A stretch of DNA of 63,011 nucleotides, filler included, from Phoronis australis (lineage: Eukaryota > Animalia > Phoronida): NCBI GenBank assembly GCA_002633005.1. It is 7 parts of 7 records of this genome, joined end to end, with 100 filler letters (N's around TTAATTAATTAA, not from the genome) between each part and the next. Parts side by side here need not be neighbours in the genome. Positions count along the whole stretch, not along the records: positions 1 to 28,285 come from NMRA01001303.1; 6 more parts are not named here. One strand, 5' to 3'. Of this stretch, positions 1 to 11,299 are shown piece by piece (the stretch's first letter is position 1; each line of letters begins with the position of its first letter). Below the pieces are notes generated by a model. It was not told the origin of the DNA. It made no database searches and was given only the letters and a program-made list of their open reading frames with translations. Made by a program: the position numbers and the translations under genes.

Positions 1-1372
1 ATGATGTCAATACACAGGTCGATTGTGATAGGTCAAGAAACTGAGAGGAGTTTCCTTTGGACGCACATACATGTACATGTACTACATGTACGTGGGGCAT
101 AAAATTTCTATTACTTAATTAGTAGAAATGTGAAATAAAACGAAAGAAAGATATTTTACACAAGAGTACATGTACTCTAGAAGTCTAAAAGGCAGTTGGC
201 TTGTTGTACATCCTTCTTAAACTTTTAAGTTAAAGAGTTTAGAAAACAAAATGTGACGTAATTTGAAAATTTCTTTAAATTCTATTTCGTAGCAAAATAA
301 TTAGGTAGTTACAGAGTTGCCTGCATGAATTGTTTTAGTTATATCCAAGTATAACACCAAATATTGTAAAAGGTGGAAGATATCTGGCCTCTTGACAATT
401 AACTGCACTGGCAGAACACAGCACATCAGAAGATGATGGCAATTTTGAGCGAGGGGAGATTGGAAACGAGAATTGCACTCAAGTATATGTATTTAATGAA
501 ACAAAAATTGAATTTGATTTTCTACATAGCTTTGAGCCCGTGTGAACTAGGCACACTTGCACAAGAAATGGTGCAAGTAAATGTAAGCCGCAATCAACAA
601 AACCAAGTGGTGGTTATGGAATATTCTCAAAATTGAACTTAATAATCACTGACAAAGGTCATAGTAACCCTGGGTCACTCGTATCGCATTGCCATGATAG
701 CATGGTCTATACTCAGTGCCTAAACCAACGTGTACTAGTGCTCAATCTGGGCCGCTGGTTTCGAGAGCTTGGCATCATTCACACTAAAATAAAAGCAGCG
801 GGTTCGTTATTTATAAAAATGATGTAAATACACTCACAATGTGTAGAGTACTTCATTGAAACGCCGCTTTTGGGTTTGGCCAAAACACGTTTGAAGAACA
901 AAATGTTGCTCCTGACTGAATTTCCCCCTGGCATTCTAAGATCTTCCTCTGCGCACAAACCTATGGCATTTCTGTGCAACTTTCACGTATTCACGAAATT
1001 TTAATACAGAGGCATTCTCAGTCAAGCTGTTGTTGAAGAAGGCGACTCTACGCGGACTTCTATCACAACTCAGTATGCACTGGTAAAAACAACAGCGGCG
1101 CAGACGGTCGTCTTTTGAGGTATTAATAAATCTCTTTTTGAGACACAGGGTCATAGTGGGAGCTCTTTAACTGGCATTGTTCACACAGTCTTATGTAATA
1201 ATAAGGTTGCTGTCCGCTCAAGTAAGACCATTGCAATGATAACCTGGAACCATTATTTTTTAAGTGGTAAAAATTAAGCACTTACAATTTTATTGGTCAT
1301 GTTTTTCAATTAATGAAATGCCCATCGATTGTAATTCCTGCAAGTTATCTTCATATGAATAACTCTTTTCAG

Positions 1373-2130
1373 AAGTTCTCCTATCACCAGATGATAAAGC
1401 CAACGGGATTATTAGAGTCGAGCAACCTTTATTGATGCAGGCTGTGCGTGAAGAGTTTGAAGATGGAACCGTTTATTTGCATCCCCAGAGAGTGTGTTTG
1501 CAAACAGGTGTGCCCGCTTTTACTGTTCCTGTGACAATGAAAGTGGACGTCAGCGACATTTTAACACAACTGGGTGATGGCAAAGATCCGTCTACGTTCT
1601 TTATATTTAGATTATCTAATGGCGAAGTAACAGACATCACTACTCAGTGCAATGCTCAGCTTCACGGTCAAGAATTGGTTTACTACTGTCGTCATTTTTC
1701 CGAACATGTGATAGGATGGACCGAGTATTTCAGCAAAGTTTTTTCTTTTATAAGGGATTATTTGAAAGGGACATTTAGAGCTAAATTTTGCCCGTCTGCG
1801 AAAAAAGAGAAATTCGGTGTATCACTCAGCTTACTTTGTCATGAAGATGGAGCAAACTGTCCAGAACATCCATGTGAGACAGAATACCCAAGTGAATTGC
1901 ACTGCCAGCAGGAAATTATGTTTTTGGCTCAAATTAATTGCAAACGTGAAGAAGTAGAGAAGAGATCAGACCCGATGAAAGTTGATAGAGAAATATGTAA
2001 ACAGACAGGCATGCGCATTGACGAGTGGCAGAGTGTTGATGACCGGGAGGTTGGAGACGTGGTTGTTATGAAGGTGTACCAACTGTCAAAAGAAAACAAG
2101 GCTGTCCTCCTACGTTCAAGGAAAGTGCAA
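1373..2130 (+). CDS. Exon A of a PIDD1-like ZU5-UPA-DED protein (ZU5 with HFS motif plus UPA-like region); upstream exons not resolved
   Basis: Acceptor ctcttttcag (AG 1371-1372, phase 1); donor CAA|gtgagt after 2130 (phase 0). Translation includes PQRVCLQTGVPAFTVPVTMKV...VTDITTQCNAQLHGQELVYYCRHFSEHVIGW, matching the pattern of the second PIDD1 ZU5 domain as recalled (F-x-x-PV-T ... W-x-DIT-x-Q ... HFS). Confidence 0.85.
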
Positions 2131-3032
2131 GTGAGTATAAAATACAAATAATCAAATACATGCTCACCTTCAACGCATTGTTTACTTGTTGCTATGGAAC
2201 AATGTACTCACCTAAAGGGGAACATTCTGTTGTCAGACTTCTGGGACGTCCCAAAATGACCACTCAGCTGATTTAGAATGTCTTTACTTCTACCAAAACA
2301 CCTTTTTGAAAGATAACAAACATATTTCCACTTAACAGTTGATGGGTTTCAGCCCAATTTCAGTCTTGTTTGACCTGCATGTATGGGTGTCCCTTATACG
2401 GGCCGTATTTATGTATTTCGTGCCTGTTTTTGCGCTCCCTTCTTTTGGCATACATGTATGAGTTTCTTTTTAAAGTCATGACAGATAATTTCGACGGGTA
2501 GACTTATTAANNNNNNNNNNNNNNNNNNNNNNNNNNNNNNNNNNNNNNNNNNNNNNNNNNNNNNNNNNNNNNNNNNNNNNNNNNNNNNNNNNNNNNNNNN
2601 NNNNNNNNNNNNNNNNNNNNNNNNNNNNNNNNNNNNNNNNNNNNNNNNNNNNNNNNNNNNNNNNNNNNNNNNNNNNNNNNNNNNNNNNNNNNNNNNNNNN
2701 NNNNNNNNNNNNNNNNNNNNNNNNNNNNNNNNNNNNNNNNNNNNNNNNNNNNNNNNNNNNNNNNNNNNNNNNNNNNNAGACAAGGTTATGATTGACAAAT
2801 CGGGAGTCGCAACGGAACATACTCCCAGTCGGAAGGACAAGCAAACAACCTCTTAAACCGACCCAGTTTCGGCCGCGAATTCCATATCCACGTTCACTCA
2901 AACGGAGACGAACCCCCAACTCCAAAAGCGCAGCGAGACTGTCTAGCTGTTCTGCTTCAAGTTCAATTCATTGTTCACGCTTGCTATCTGTTATTTATGA
3001 GCACTTTTTTAAGTATTACTGTTACAACTTCA

Positions 3033-4292
3033 AACTAGAAAGATTATTGTCACGGCGTGACAATAACGGACTCTGCGCGTGCATATTACATGAATTATGG
3101 GAAGTTACTGACAGCATCCCGTTTACCAATATGAAAAGGAATTCTTTAAAATTGTAGGAGAAATTACATATTAATTTTTTGATGACCTTTCCACTAATTG
3201 ACCTCTTCCGGTGCATTATGAGCCCCGATGAGAGAATAATTGTAATCTCGATTAAAAGTGTGCTTAATGCTAAAAATCACCGATGTTTTACTTTAAGCAC
3301 ATCAGAATACAAGATGAATGAATTGGTCAAACTTTCAGAAGAAAAATGCACCTAATGACCCCATGGGTGCACCAAATGACCTGAAAATTTAGAATTCAAA
3401 CTCAATCGCACTTAGTAATCAGATACCTAATTCTGAAGTCTCTAGCTCAAAACTTTAGTTTGCACCCAATGACCTTTGACCTATTTTTTCTGATTGGTTA
3501 GGCCTAGTGCAAAGTAAAGTAGGGTCTTCACTTGGCATGTTGACTTACACCAGTGTGGTGAAATTGAAAAGAATTCCTTGAAAAACATAAGAGATATAAC
3601 ATGTTGAACGTTACATGACGTTTGCACTAATTGACCTTATCCGGTGCATTTTAAGCATCTTTAGGAGAATTATTGCAAAGCCCATGGAAAATGTGTTTAA
3701 CGCTGAGAATCACAGTTGTCTAACGGTTGACACATCAGAATACTTGCTGATTGAAAAGGCCAAATTTTCAGAAAAAAAATGCACCTAATGACCCCATGTT
3801 TGCACTAAATGACCTGAAACTTTGGATTCCGATTTGATTTACCTGTGACAATCAGACCTGTCAATTTGAAGCGTCTAGCTCAAAATTTCAGTTTGCACCT
3901 AATGACCTTTGACCTATTTCACCTGATTGGATGACCCGATTACTTAGAAAAGTATTTTTTTAAATTGTTATGTTGACCTTTACCTGTGCACCGAATTTGA
4001 AACGATAGCTTCAAAACTGTAGGAGGAGTAGCATTTTGAAAATTATATGACATTTGCACCAAACGACCTCTTCCTGTGCAATATGGAATATGATTATATA
4101 ACAAATCAAAATTTATACACTGTCAAAAGTCATATGCTGAATTTAAAGACCGTACCTGCACCCAATTTGGAGTTATTAAGCCTCAAAGTTGGTCGGAAGA
4201 AGAATAAGAAGAATAAGGAGAAGAAGAATAAGAATAAAATCGAAGAAAACCCAGGAACAACAGTACTCTGCGCTTACACGCGCAGAGTAATA
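3033..4292 (-). mobile_element. Non-autonomous Helentron-associated element (HINE/DINE-1-like)
   Basis: 12-bp subterminal inverted repeats (actctgcgcgtg 3070-3081 / cacgcgcagagt 4277-4288); terminal hairpin 4264-4289; (AAGAAT)n microsatellite ~4197-4237; ~430-bp internal tandem units; 3' stem-loop ttattgtcac-ggc-gtgacaataa 3044-3066, then CTAG on the minus strand in T-rich flanks. Confidence 0.75.
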
Positions 4293-5312
4293 ATATTTAA
4301 TAGATTCCAATTTGAATATTTGCTAAGAATGATGAATGTAATTTACAATTGCTATGTTTAAAATAAGCCTATTAACAAAAGTAAGGTATCAGTTTTAGCA
4401 AACCAAGTGCACGGGGCACGCAATAATAAAATGGCCACAAGGTTGAGCAGAAAACCTCAAATTCGTTCGACTATGAAAAAGGAGAAATTACTCTGGAAAA
4501 ACGGGTGACGGCTTTTTACATTCCCAGCATAATTTGCTAAGAGTGCAAGGGGTTGACGTAAGTGATTTAGTGATAAAACATTAAACGTGGAAGACTGAAC
4601 TACGAACGCAAAATTGACCTCAATCGTGCAGGCCTATTTACTTTTTTCTCTATGCCATTCCTGTTCGCGCCAACCCGTCGTTTGAACTTTTTTAAAACTC
4701 AAGACTCCTCTCAGTAATTGCCAAAAACCTCTCTCACTCTTTTTAGAGTTAACGATAAAAAAGCCGTTTGTGCATAGATTGGTGATCCTGAAAATCAATG
4801 TGTCGGGCTTACACGTAAATTTCATCAGAAGAAAATAGTGTTTAGTGTTGATTAGGTATTCAAAAACTAGTTTTGCATGAAATTATTAGCCTTAAAATAC
4901 CCCGACATGGGCGGAACTGAATTGTAGACGATTCTAGTTTGAACATCACTTTTTGCAAGCTCAAATCCGAAAAGACGATTTAAAGTACCTGCACTACATT
5001 TGCAGCCATTGGAAATTTCCGATCATAAATGTTGTCTGTTTCTGGCGCTGAACATTATGTGGTTTTTAACAAAAACTCTTCTTGTGTTTCGCTTGGTGAT
5101 GGGTCTTTCAACGGTCACACGTGGTATTAGTCTCTGGTAACTGTGGCATACTTTTGCTGAACGCTTTGTTACCAATAAATATAGAACATACATGCAACAC
5201 GTGTACTATCTCTTTCCTTGTTTACACCTGCCATGTGATTTAACTTTGTGTTTTAACTTTTTACACTTTACAAGACGTCCTGGAAGTACGTAGCTCGGTG
5301 AGCCTTCAAAGG

Positions 5313-5423
5313 CCTGCAAACAATCTTATATAAATAACTCTTTTTCAGAAGTTCACCAACAAGCCAACAGGATCGAGCAACCTTTATTAAAGCAAGATGA
5401 CCGTGAAGAGTTTAGAGTTGGAG
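5313..5423 (+). pseudogene. Decayed partial duplicate of the acceptor and 5' end of exon A
   Basis: aataactctttttcagaagtt...aagccaacaggat..cgagcaacctttatt...cgtgaagagttt aligns to ~1337-1470 with several deletions. Confidence 0.75.
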
Positions 5424-5957
5424 TGGCAATGAGCCAAATCGGTCAAGTCCAGTTTGCTCGAAGCGTTAGTATTATATTCATAGTTCCCTAACCATTTTCT
5501 TTAAAACTGTCATAAAATGGCCAATTTTGAATCCAAGTTTGGAATTGGTTGCATGAGAGCCGTCAAACTGACGATGACATTACTTATATTACGGGAAAAA
5601 TTTTCCATCTCAGGGCCTACAGGTCTGATTATCGTACATGTATATAGTGATTGTTGGAGCAAAACAAAACAAGATCGGGGGCTTTACTCTTTTATTTGTC
5701 AGTATAATAAGTAGTAGATGACGTAATAGGTCAACTGAAATATCGCAAAAAATATGTTTGTTTAAGTTCACACGTAGCGTAATGCTACACCATGTGCATA
5801 TACAGTAACGAATTCGAGGACAACGCCCTGGAAAATGATGACGGGCAAAGGGTACAATGAAACACAGATAATGTTTTTGCTTGCAAGGCAGAGTTGTCGC
5901 CAACGTGAAATCACTATTTAACAACAACTGAATGTTAGCTGGGTTCTATATTTCCAG

Positions 5958-6018
5958 ATTGAAAAAGACACGACTGCTGCATCCACGTCAAAATGTGCTT
6001 ATCCTTCAGAAGAACAAA
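5958..6018 (+). CDS. Exon B (linker) of the ZU5-UPA-DED gene
   Basis: tttccag|ATT...CAAA|gtaagt; 61 nt, phase 0 to 1, IEKDTTAASTSKCAYPSEEQ. Bridges exon A (phase 0) and exon C (phase 1) exactly. Confidence 0.7.
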
Positions 6019-7554
6019 GTAAGTAATCGAGTCTAAATAGATAATATCATGCAGACTGTACGATTTTGTGAAGAAAAGTATGAATTACTGACGGAATAAG
6101 TGAACAAGACTAGGATTTCTTAAAATTGTGAAGAATGATTTTTATGCATGTAAACATGAACTGTGTTATTCACGTACAATCAAAAACTTTTGGCTCGTAT
6201 TGCAAGAGAATTGAAAGCATATCATGTACATGTAATACTTAGCATGTCGCGATGTCTTATGTTACCTCGCGTATTTGCGATTTTCTTGAGTCTACCGAAC
6301 GCACGCCAGGTCTACGACACTCCCGTTTGGCTTGCAAGTCTAAAGTCGACATTTGGAGGCATGCGCGTTGATGGTGACAGGGGCTGTGTTCCAAGTGCAA
6401 AGACGACTAATGCTGATGCGATCACGTACATTGTTTATAATAAATGACGGTGTCTTGTGAACCTGCTTTATCATCTTACATGTACGTTTTCGTGTGGTCT
6501 CTGAGTCTGCGTATCGCAGGCCAAGATCCAAATGAAAAGAGCAAGATATTGCAATAGCTTGCAAAATGCATATGATACATGTACATAGGAGGTTGTTTCG
6601 CGAGTATTATTACAAGCATATGCGGGTAAAATAGTTCCAGCGAAAGTACCGGTTAACTCATCAACATTAAATAGAAAAAGGGTTGGAAGTACTCATGCTA
6701 AATTTATTATTTGTGATAAAACATGTTGCGACTTCAGCCAAAGTTGAACAGTTTTATAGACAATTGATTAATTTTTAACAGGCATGAAATTTAAACTTGT
6801 AAAATGTATTTAATGAGACCGTGGAGAATCTACGTCTTGGAAAATGATAACGTCAGAGCTGTTCAAGTTCAACATTGCTAGAAACTCTAGGGAATATTGT
6901 CTTATTGACTACTTTTGTATCGGTTACACACTTCAAATCCCTCTACCCTAGTAGCATATATATACAAATACACGCACACATACATATACATGTACATGTA
7001 TGTGTTTGCATAATTCATTGTGCAGTGGCGGGTCGACAATTTTAGTAAGGGGGTGTTTAGGATTTGCGCTTTGCGCACGTAGCGCGGAGGAAGGTCGGGA
7101 GATTCCCTTCCAGCGTAAGACAACTTTTTTGTTTTTTTAACCAAATAGCGCAATTTGCGTACATCCTGGCGAAGTTTGTTGCAGTTAACATATCTCTGGA
7201 GTTTTTCCTGAGACGATTTAAAGCTTTCTCGATTTTGTCTCATGAACTCGGTTCAGAAGTTCAGTAAAAACATATTTGTGCTCACCAAGTGTATGAGTCA
7301 GGCCACAATCAAAATTTGAGATGAAGCAACTGTCTACATAGGCACATTGATCTTTCGCATACGAAAAGTAGTATACAAATATGTGTGTTATGTACATGTG
7401 TATGCACGGGTTTAGGTAATTACCAAATATTCAAGAGCATAAGGAGCACCAACGGTCACGTAAAAGCACAACATTTGAATATAATATGTATACAATAGAA
7501 GGTCATATGGAATTGTTGCTATGAGATACATGGTCATCTGGTATTGTAGCCACC

Positions 7555-7904
7555 TAATACATGATCATGTTGTACTGTGTCTTTGTAATACATGATCATG
7601 TTGTACTGTGTCTTTGTAATACATGATCATGTTGTACTGTGTCTTTGTAATACATGATCATGTTGTATTGTAACCATGTAATACATGATCATGTTGTACT
7701 GTGTCTTTGTAATACATGATCATGTTGTATTGTAACCATGTAATACATGATCATGTTGTACTGTGTCTTTGTAATACATGATAATGTTGTATTGTAACCA
7801 TGTAATACATGATCATGTTGTACTGTGTCTTTGTAATACATGATCATGCTGTATTGTGGCGTTATAATACATGATCATGTTGTAGTGTGGCTTTATAATA
7901 CATG
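7555..7904. repeat. 31-bp minisatellite, ~11 copies
   Basis: Unit taatacatgatcatgttgtactgtgtctttg, with a variant ending ttgtaaccatg. Confidence 0.95.
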
Positions 7905-8857
7905 GTAAACATATTGATGTGGGAATGAAATATCCATTAGTGGTTATCAAAATATTGAATTCTGCAAATGTTCTCTCTTCTTACAAAATACATGTTTTAG
8001 TCAGTATCATGAAAATCTCACCATTAGGGATAGGTTTCCAAGAACAGTGTACTCGAATTATCATGTAGTGGTAACTAATCAATGATCAAATATGTCTATG
8101 ACGTAGAGGTACTAGCTCACTTGCAAGTTTCTCGTTAGTCAATGTGACATCACCGGAAGGGGGCAAAACCCGCCATATTGCTCTTGTTTTGTCCCGAGTC
8201 TTTGCTACACACGCTAAATCTTACTGGAGTTTTATGGTGAATTTCATGCTTAAAACGTAAACACAACTTAAGAGACAGTAGATGAATCTTGGAATAACTG
8301 TGAGTGGACGAAGAAAATGTGAACTTGTTCTGTTGCGGGAAGCTGTGAAATGACTGAAATTGGAACTCAACCCGGACTAGGCATGAATGGCGCAGGCATA
8401 CAGGGGCGACAGTGTATGTCCATGAGTTATTCACTTCAAAATGCAGCAAATAAAATCAAATGAAATATGCATGTGTGCTCATGGAGTAATAATTAACACA
8501 AACCCTGACTCTGGACATAGTTTAGTCTACAAATAACTTGAACATATCCATGGAAACCTCGAGGTTCGCTCGAGTTTCTCACTTGGCGCCATTTTGAGGA
8601 AGTTACGTGAAATCACGCTTGTTGACAAACAAAAAGTCCAAAAGAAACAACTCTAACAAATTTCACTTGATATTTTCTCATGCTATTTTGCAAGTGTCAC
8701 GCTCCAGATCACGCGCCAAGTCTCGCCCTTCGCTCAGTCTCGCATTACCCTTTGCCTCATACTCACCTGACTCAGCTGAAATACTTTGTGGTTATCTCTC
8801 GCGCGGTCAAAGTTACCAGTGGAGTTAGAATTTTTCTCCAAAGTCACCTGATTTCCC

Positions 8858-9008
8858 GTAGTTATGCTTCATCAAAGATATGTTTAGAAGCAGAAAGAAT
8901 AGAATCACTAAAGAAAGTAAGCGCCTTGTTAAGTGATAATTTTAGGTGTAGTATGTATTTTTGACGAGGTGAAAACTGATTTCGCCTACCGCCCGTTTAA
9001 AATACACT
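8858..9008. repeat. Dispersed repeat fragment (inverted copy at ~32831-32985)
   Basis: atgcttcatcaaagatatg...gtgaaaact..atttcgcctaccgcccgtttaaa is reverse-complement similar to 32831-32985. Confidence 0.7.
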
Positions 9009-10567
9009 TGACGAAATTAATATCGAACGCAATAGAACGTATTGTAGTGCGAATCTGAATTTCATTTGCTATAATAGCGATGCTTATTTGGCATTTTTCG
9101 AACTAAACGGCTAAAAACTCAAAGAAAATAGCAGAATACACTCTGCTACCATTTTGGGCAAATGGCCAAACGGCAACCTTTTGCACCACTTTTATATAAA
9201 TTATAGTCTATTGGTACGTTTTGAGCACATTGAATTGCAAAAATTTTGTTATTCGGAAAAAAAATTATTTCATGAACCACTATTAGTGAAGCATACTTAA
9301 AGTAATGTGAAAGGGCATTTATTTATTAAAAAAGTAAAAACTTGTGCCCTTATTTCGGTCACGTAACCATGTCTTTTGAATTAACTGTAGCAAAAGAATA
9401 CACATTCTTTGCAACACTATTATTCTTAAAACCTGGCAAAATTCCGTTTAAATTTGGTGTTCAAGATGGATAGCCTCAAGCTATGTTACAGTTTTCTAAG
9501 TCACCCCTTCGTGTTCATTTCAACCAACCTGTGAGTTTTTCACCGAAGCATTAAAAGTCGTATACGCTAAATTGTAAATTCTTAAAACAATTCTTCACAC
9601 GAGTTTTTGAGATCAATGGATACAGCATGATATGTGAAAGGTTCTTATGTCGCAAACATTCTACTCTGTTTCATATGTATTGCGACTCCCGTTTCACGCT
9701 AAGTTGATGAAGAAAGTATATCAACTTACATATCTATAGGAAACTTTTCTCCTTTTAACATAACACAAGACTGGGTCCATAAGCTTATGCATGTATATGC
9801 CGCCTTCCAAGAAGAGTCAGGGCACTTGTCGGTGGCTGCACTTCTGGTAAAATAGAATAGATGAATATTTGGACAACAAACAAGAATCAAAATATGAACC
9901 AAAAACACCAAAAACACAATACCAACGGTTATTCAATCAAGTAGTATCAATGCGTTTTCAAAAATATTATAGCTGTAATTCTGCAATCGTTCCAAACGAT
10001 ATGTTCAGGTTATTTCAGTCACAGAAATAGACGAGCATGGTCGATGATTAACTAATGTAACCAAATGTACAACATCGTGTTCTTTAGACTTGCACTTTAA
10101 TAGATCACAGAGGAAAACGTTATAACAAGTTACACGTTGCCTAAATTGGTGTTCTCTATTTCCATCTGTTTACTTGGAATAAGCGTTTGAGATGTTCTTT
10201 CAGTGAAAATCTAAAGTTACATGGCTATCAAAAACAATATGTCTCGTGAGTTAACTGCCACTGACATCGCAAGTTTTTGCAAAAATACCATCAAACGGAT
10301 AACACACACTTGAAACAGTCGAAATATGTTTAATTATCATGACCAAGCAACTGCCTCAGACGCATCCGTGTAATGCTGAATTTAACGGATTGCATTCATG
10401 CTTCATACTCGTGGATTAGTTAAACTTAAGTGCGACGTGAAGCCACCTGTGTTCAGAAAACCTCTTTTCAATACATGTTAGTGGTGTTGTGACTGCTGGT
10501 TTTGTTAAGAGTAGAATAAAAAGTTTTAAAACATTACGGGCTTGTACCTAAATCATATCATGCCTAG

Positions 10568-10763
10568 GACGGCGTTGGATAATGTGCAAACTAGTGAAAC
10601 AGACCACCGATGCTGTTAACATAGCTTATAAATGTGTCAATTTATTTGCAGAAGTACCGGATAGAGCGCGGGAACTTCATCGTGAGCTGTTACGTGAGGT
10701 TGATGATAGTCTCATTCAGAGTGATTTTAAAAGGCTAAAGGCAGAGTGTAAAGACTGGATAAA
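10568..10763 (+). CDS. Exon C of the ZU5-UPA-DED gene, N-terminal half of the DED
   Basis: cctag|GA...ATAAA|gtaaga; phase 1 to 2. ELHRELLREVDDSLIQSDFKRLKAECKDWIK matches DED helices 1-2 (consensus f/yR.lL.el.e.L..edl..LKflc.d.i). Confidence 0.8.
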
Positions 10764-11299
10764 GTAAGAAAAAAAAACATTGTGTGTTTAGGAACTATCC
10801 ATCTACTGCACAGTGACTACAAACAATTATGAGCGTATTAAGCAACCCTTTAAAGTTACCGTTACGTCTGCTTCAGGCGGTCGAGAACCACCAATTTCAA
10901 AATGAAATAAAATGCGTATTAAGCAGTGGATTCAGAAATAAAAACACCGAGAGTTTCCTCTCCGATAACAGTCTTAAACCAGTTTTGTTTAACCATCAAT
11001 GAAATCGTCTGCAACTGTCGATAACCAGTCAAGTTACATCCGGGAAGTGTAATGATGGCAACAACAGTGACATGAAATGCCACGTCATCACCATAGCTTC
11101 AGAGCTCTAAATAACCAGCAACATACGGGTCCCGAATGCCCAATGACTCCTTCTTGCATAGTATTTTTCGAAGGTTCTTTACAGATTATACCAAGTGGTT
11201 TAGTTTTTTGATCGTTACTGACAACGTACCTATAGACGTTTTTTTTTTTTAAGGGGTGATATTCTCTCAGTATTTTAATAGTTACGTGGTTAGGAGTTT

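Noticed and set aside
370-1150. Candidate upstream exons for the ZU5-UPA-DED gene (acceptors near 415, 530, 1010)
   Set aside because: I could not build a stop-free, phase-1-ending chain into 1373.
1432-2151. 239-aa ORF as a standalone single-exon gene
   Set aside because: It starts at TTG just inside a strong acceptor, and a perfect gtgagt donor lies 21 nt before the stop; it is an internal exon.
7555-7904. CRISPR-like look (palindromic constant part plus variable part)
   Set aside because: Variable parts are only ~12 nt and recur rather than being unique; eukaryotic intron context; no cas genes.
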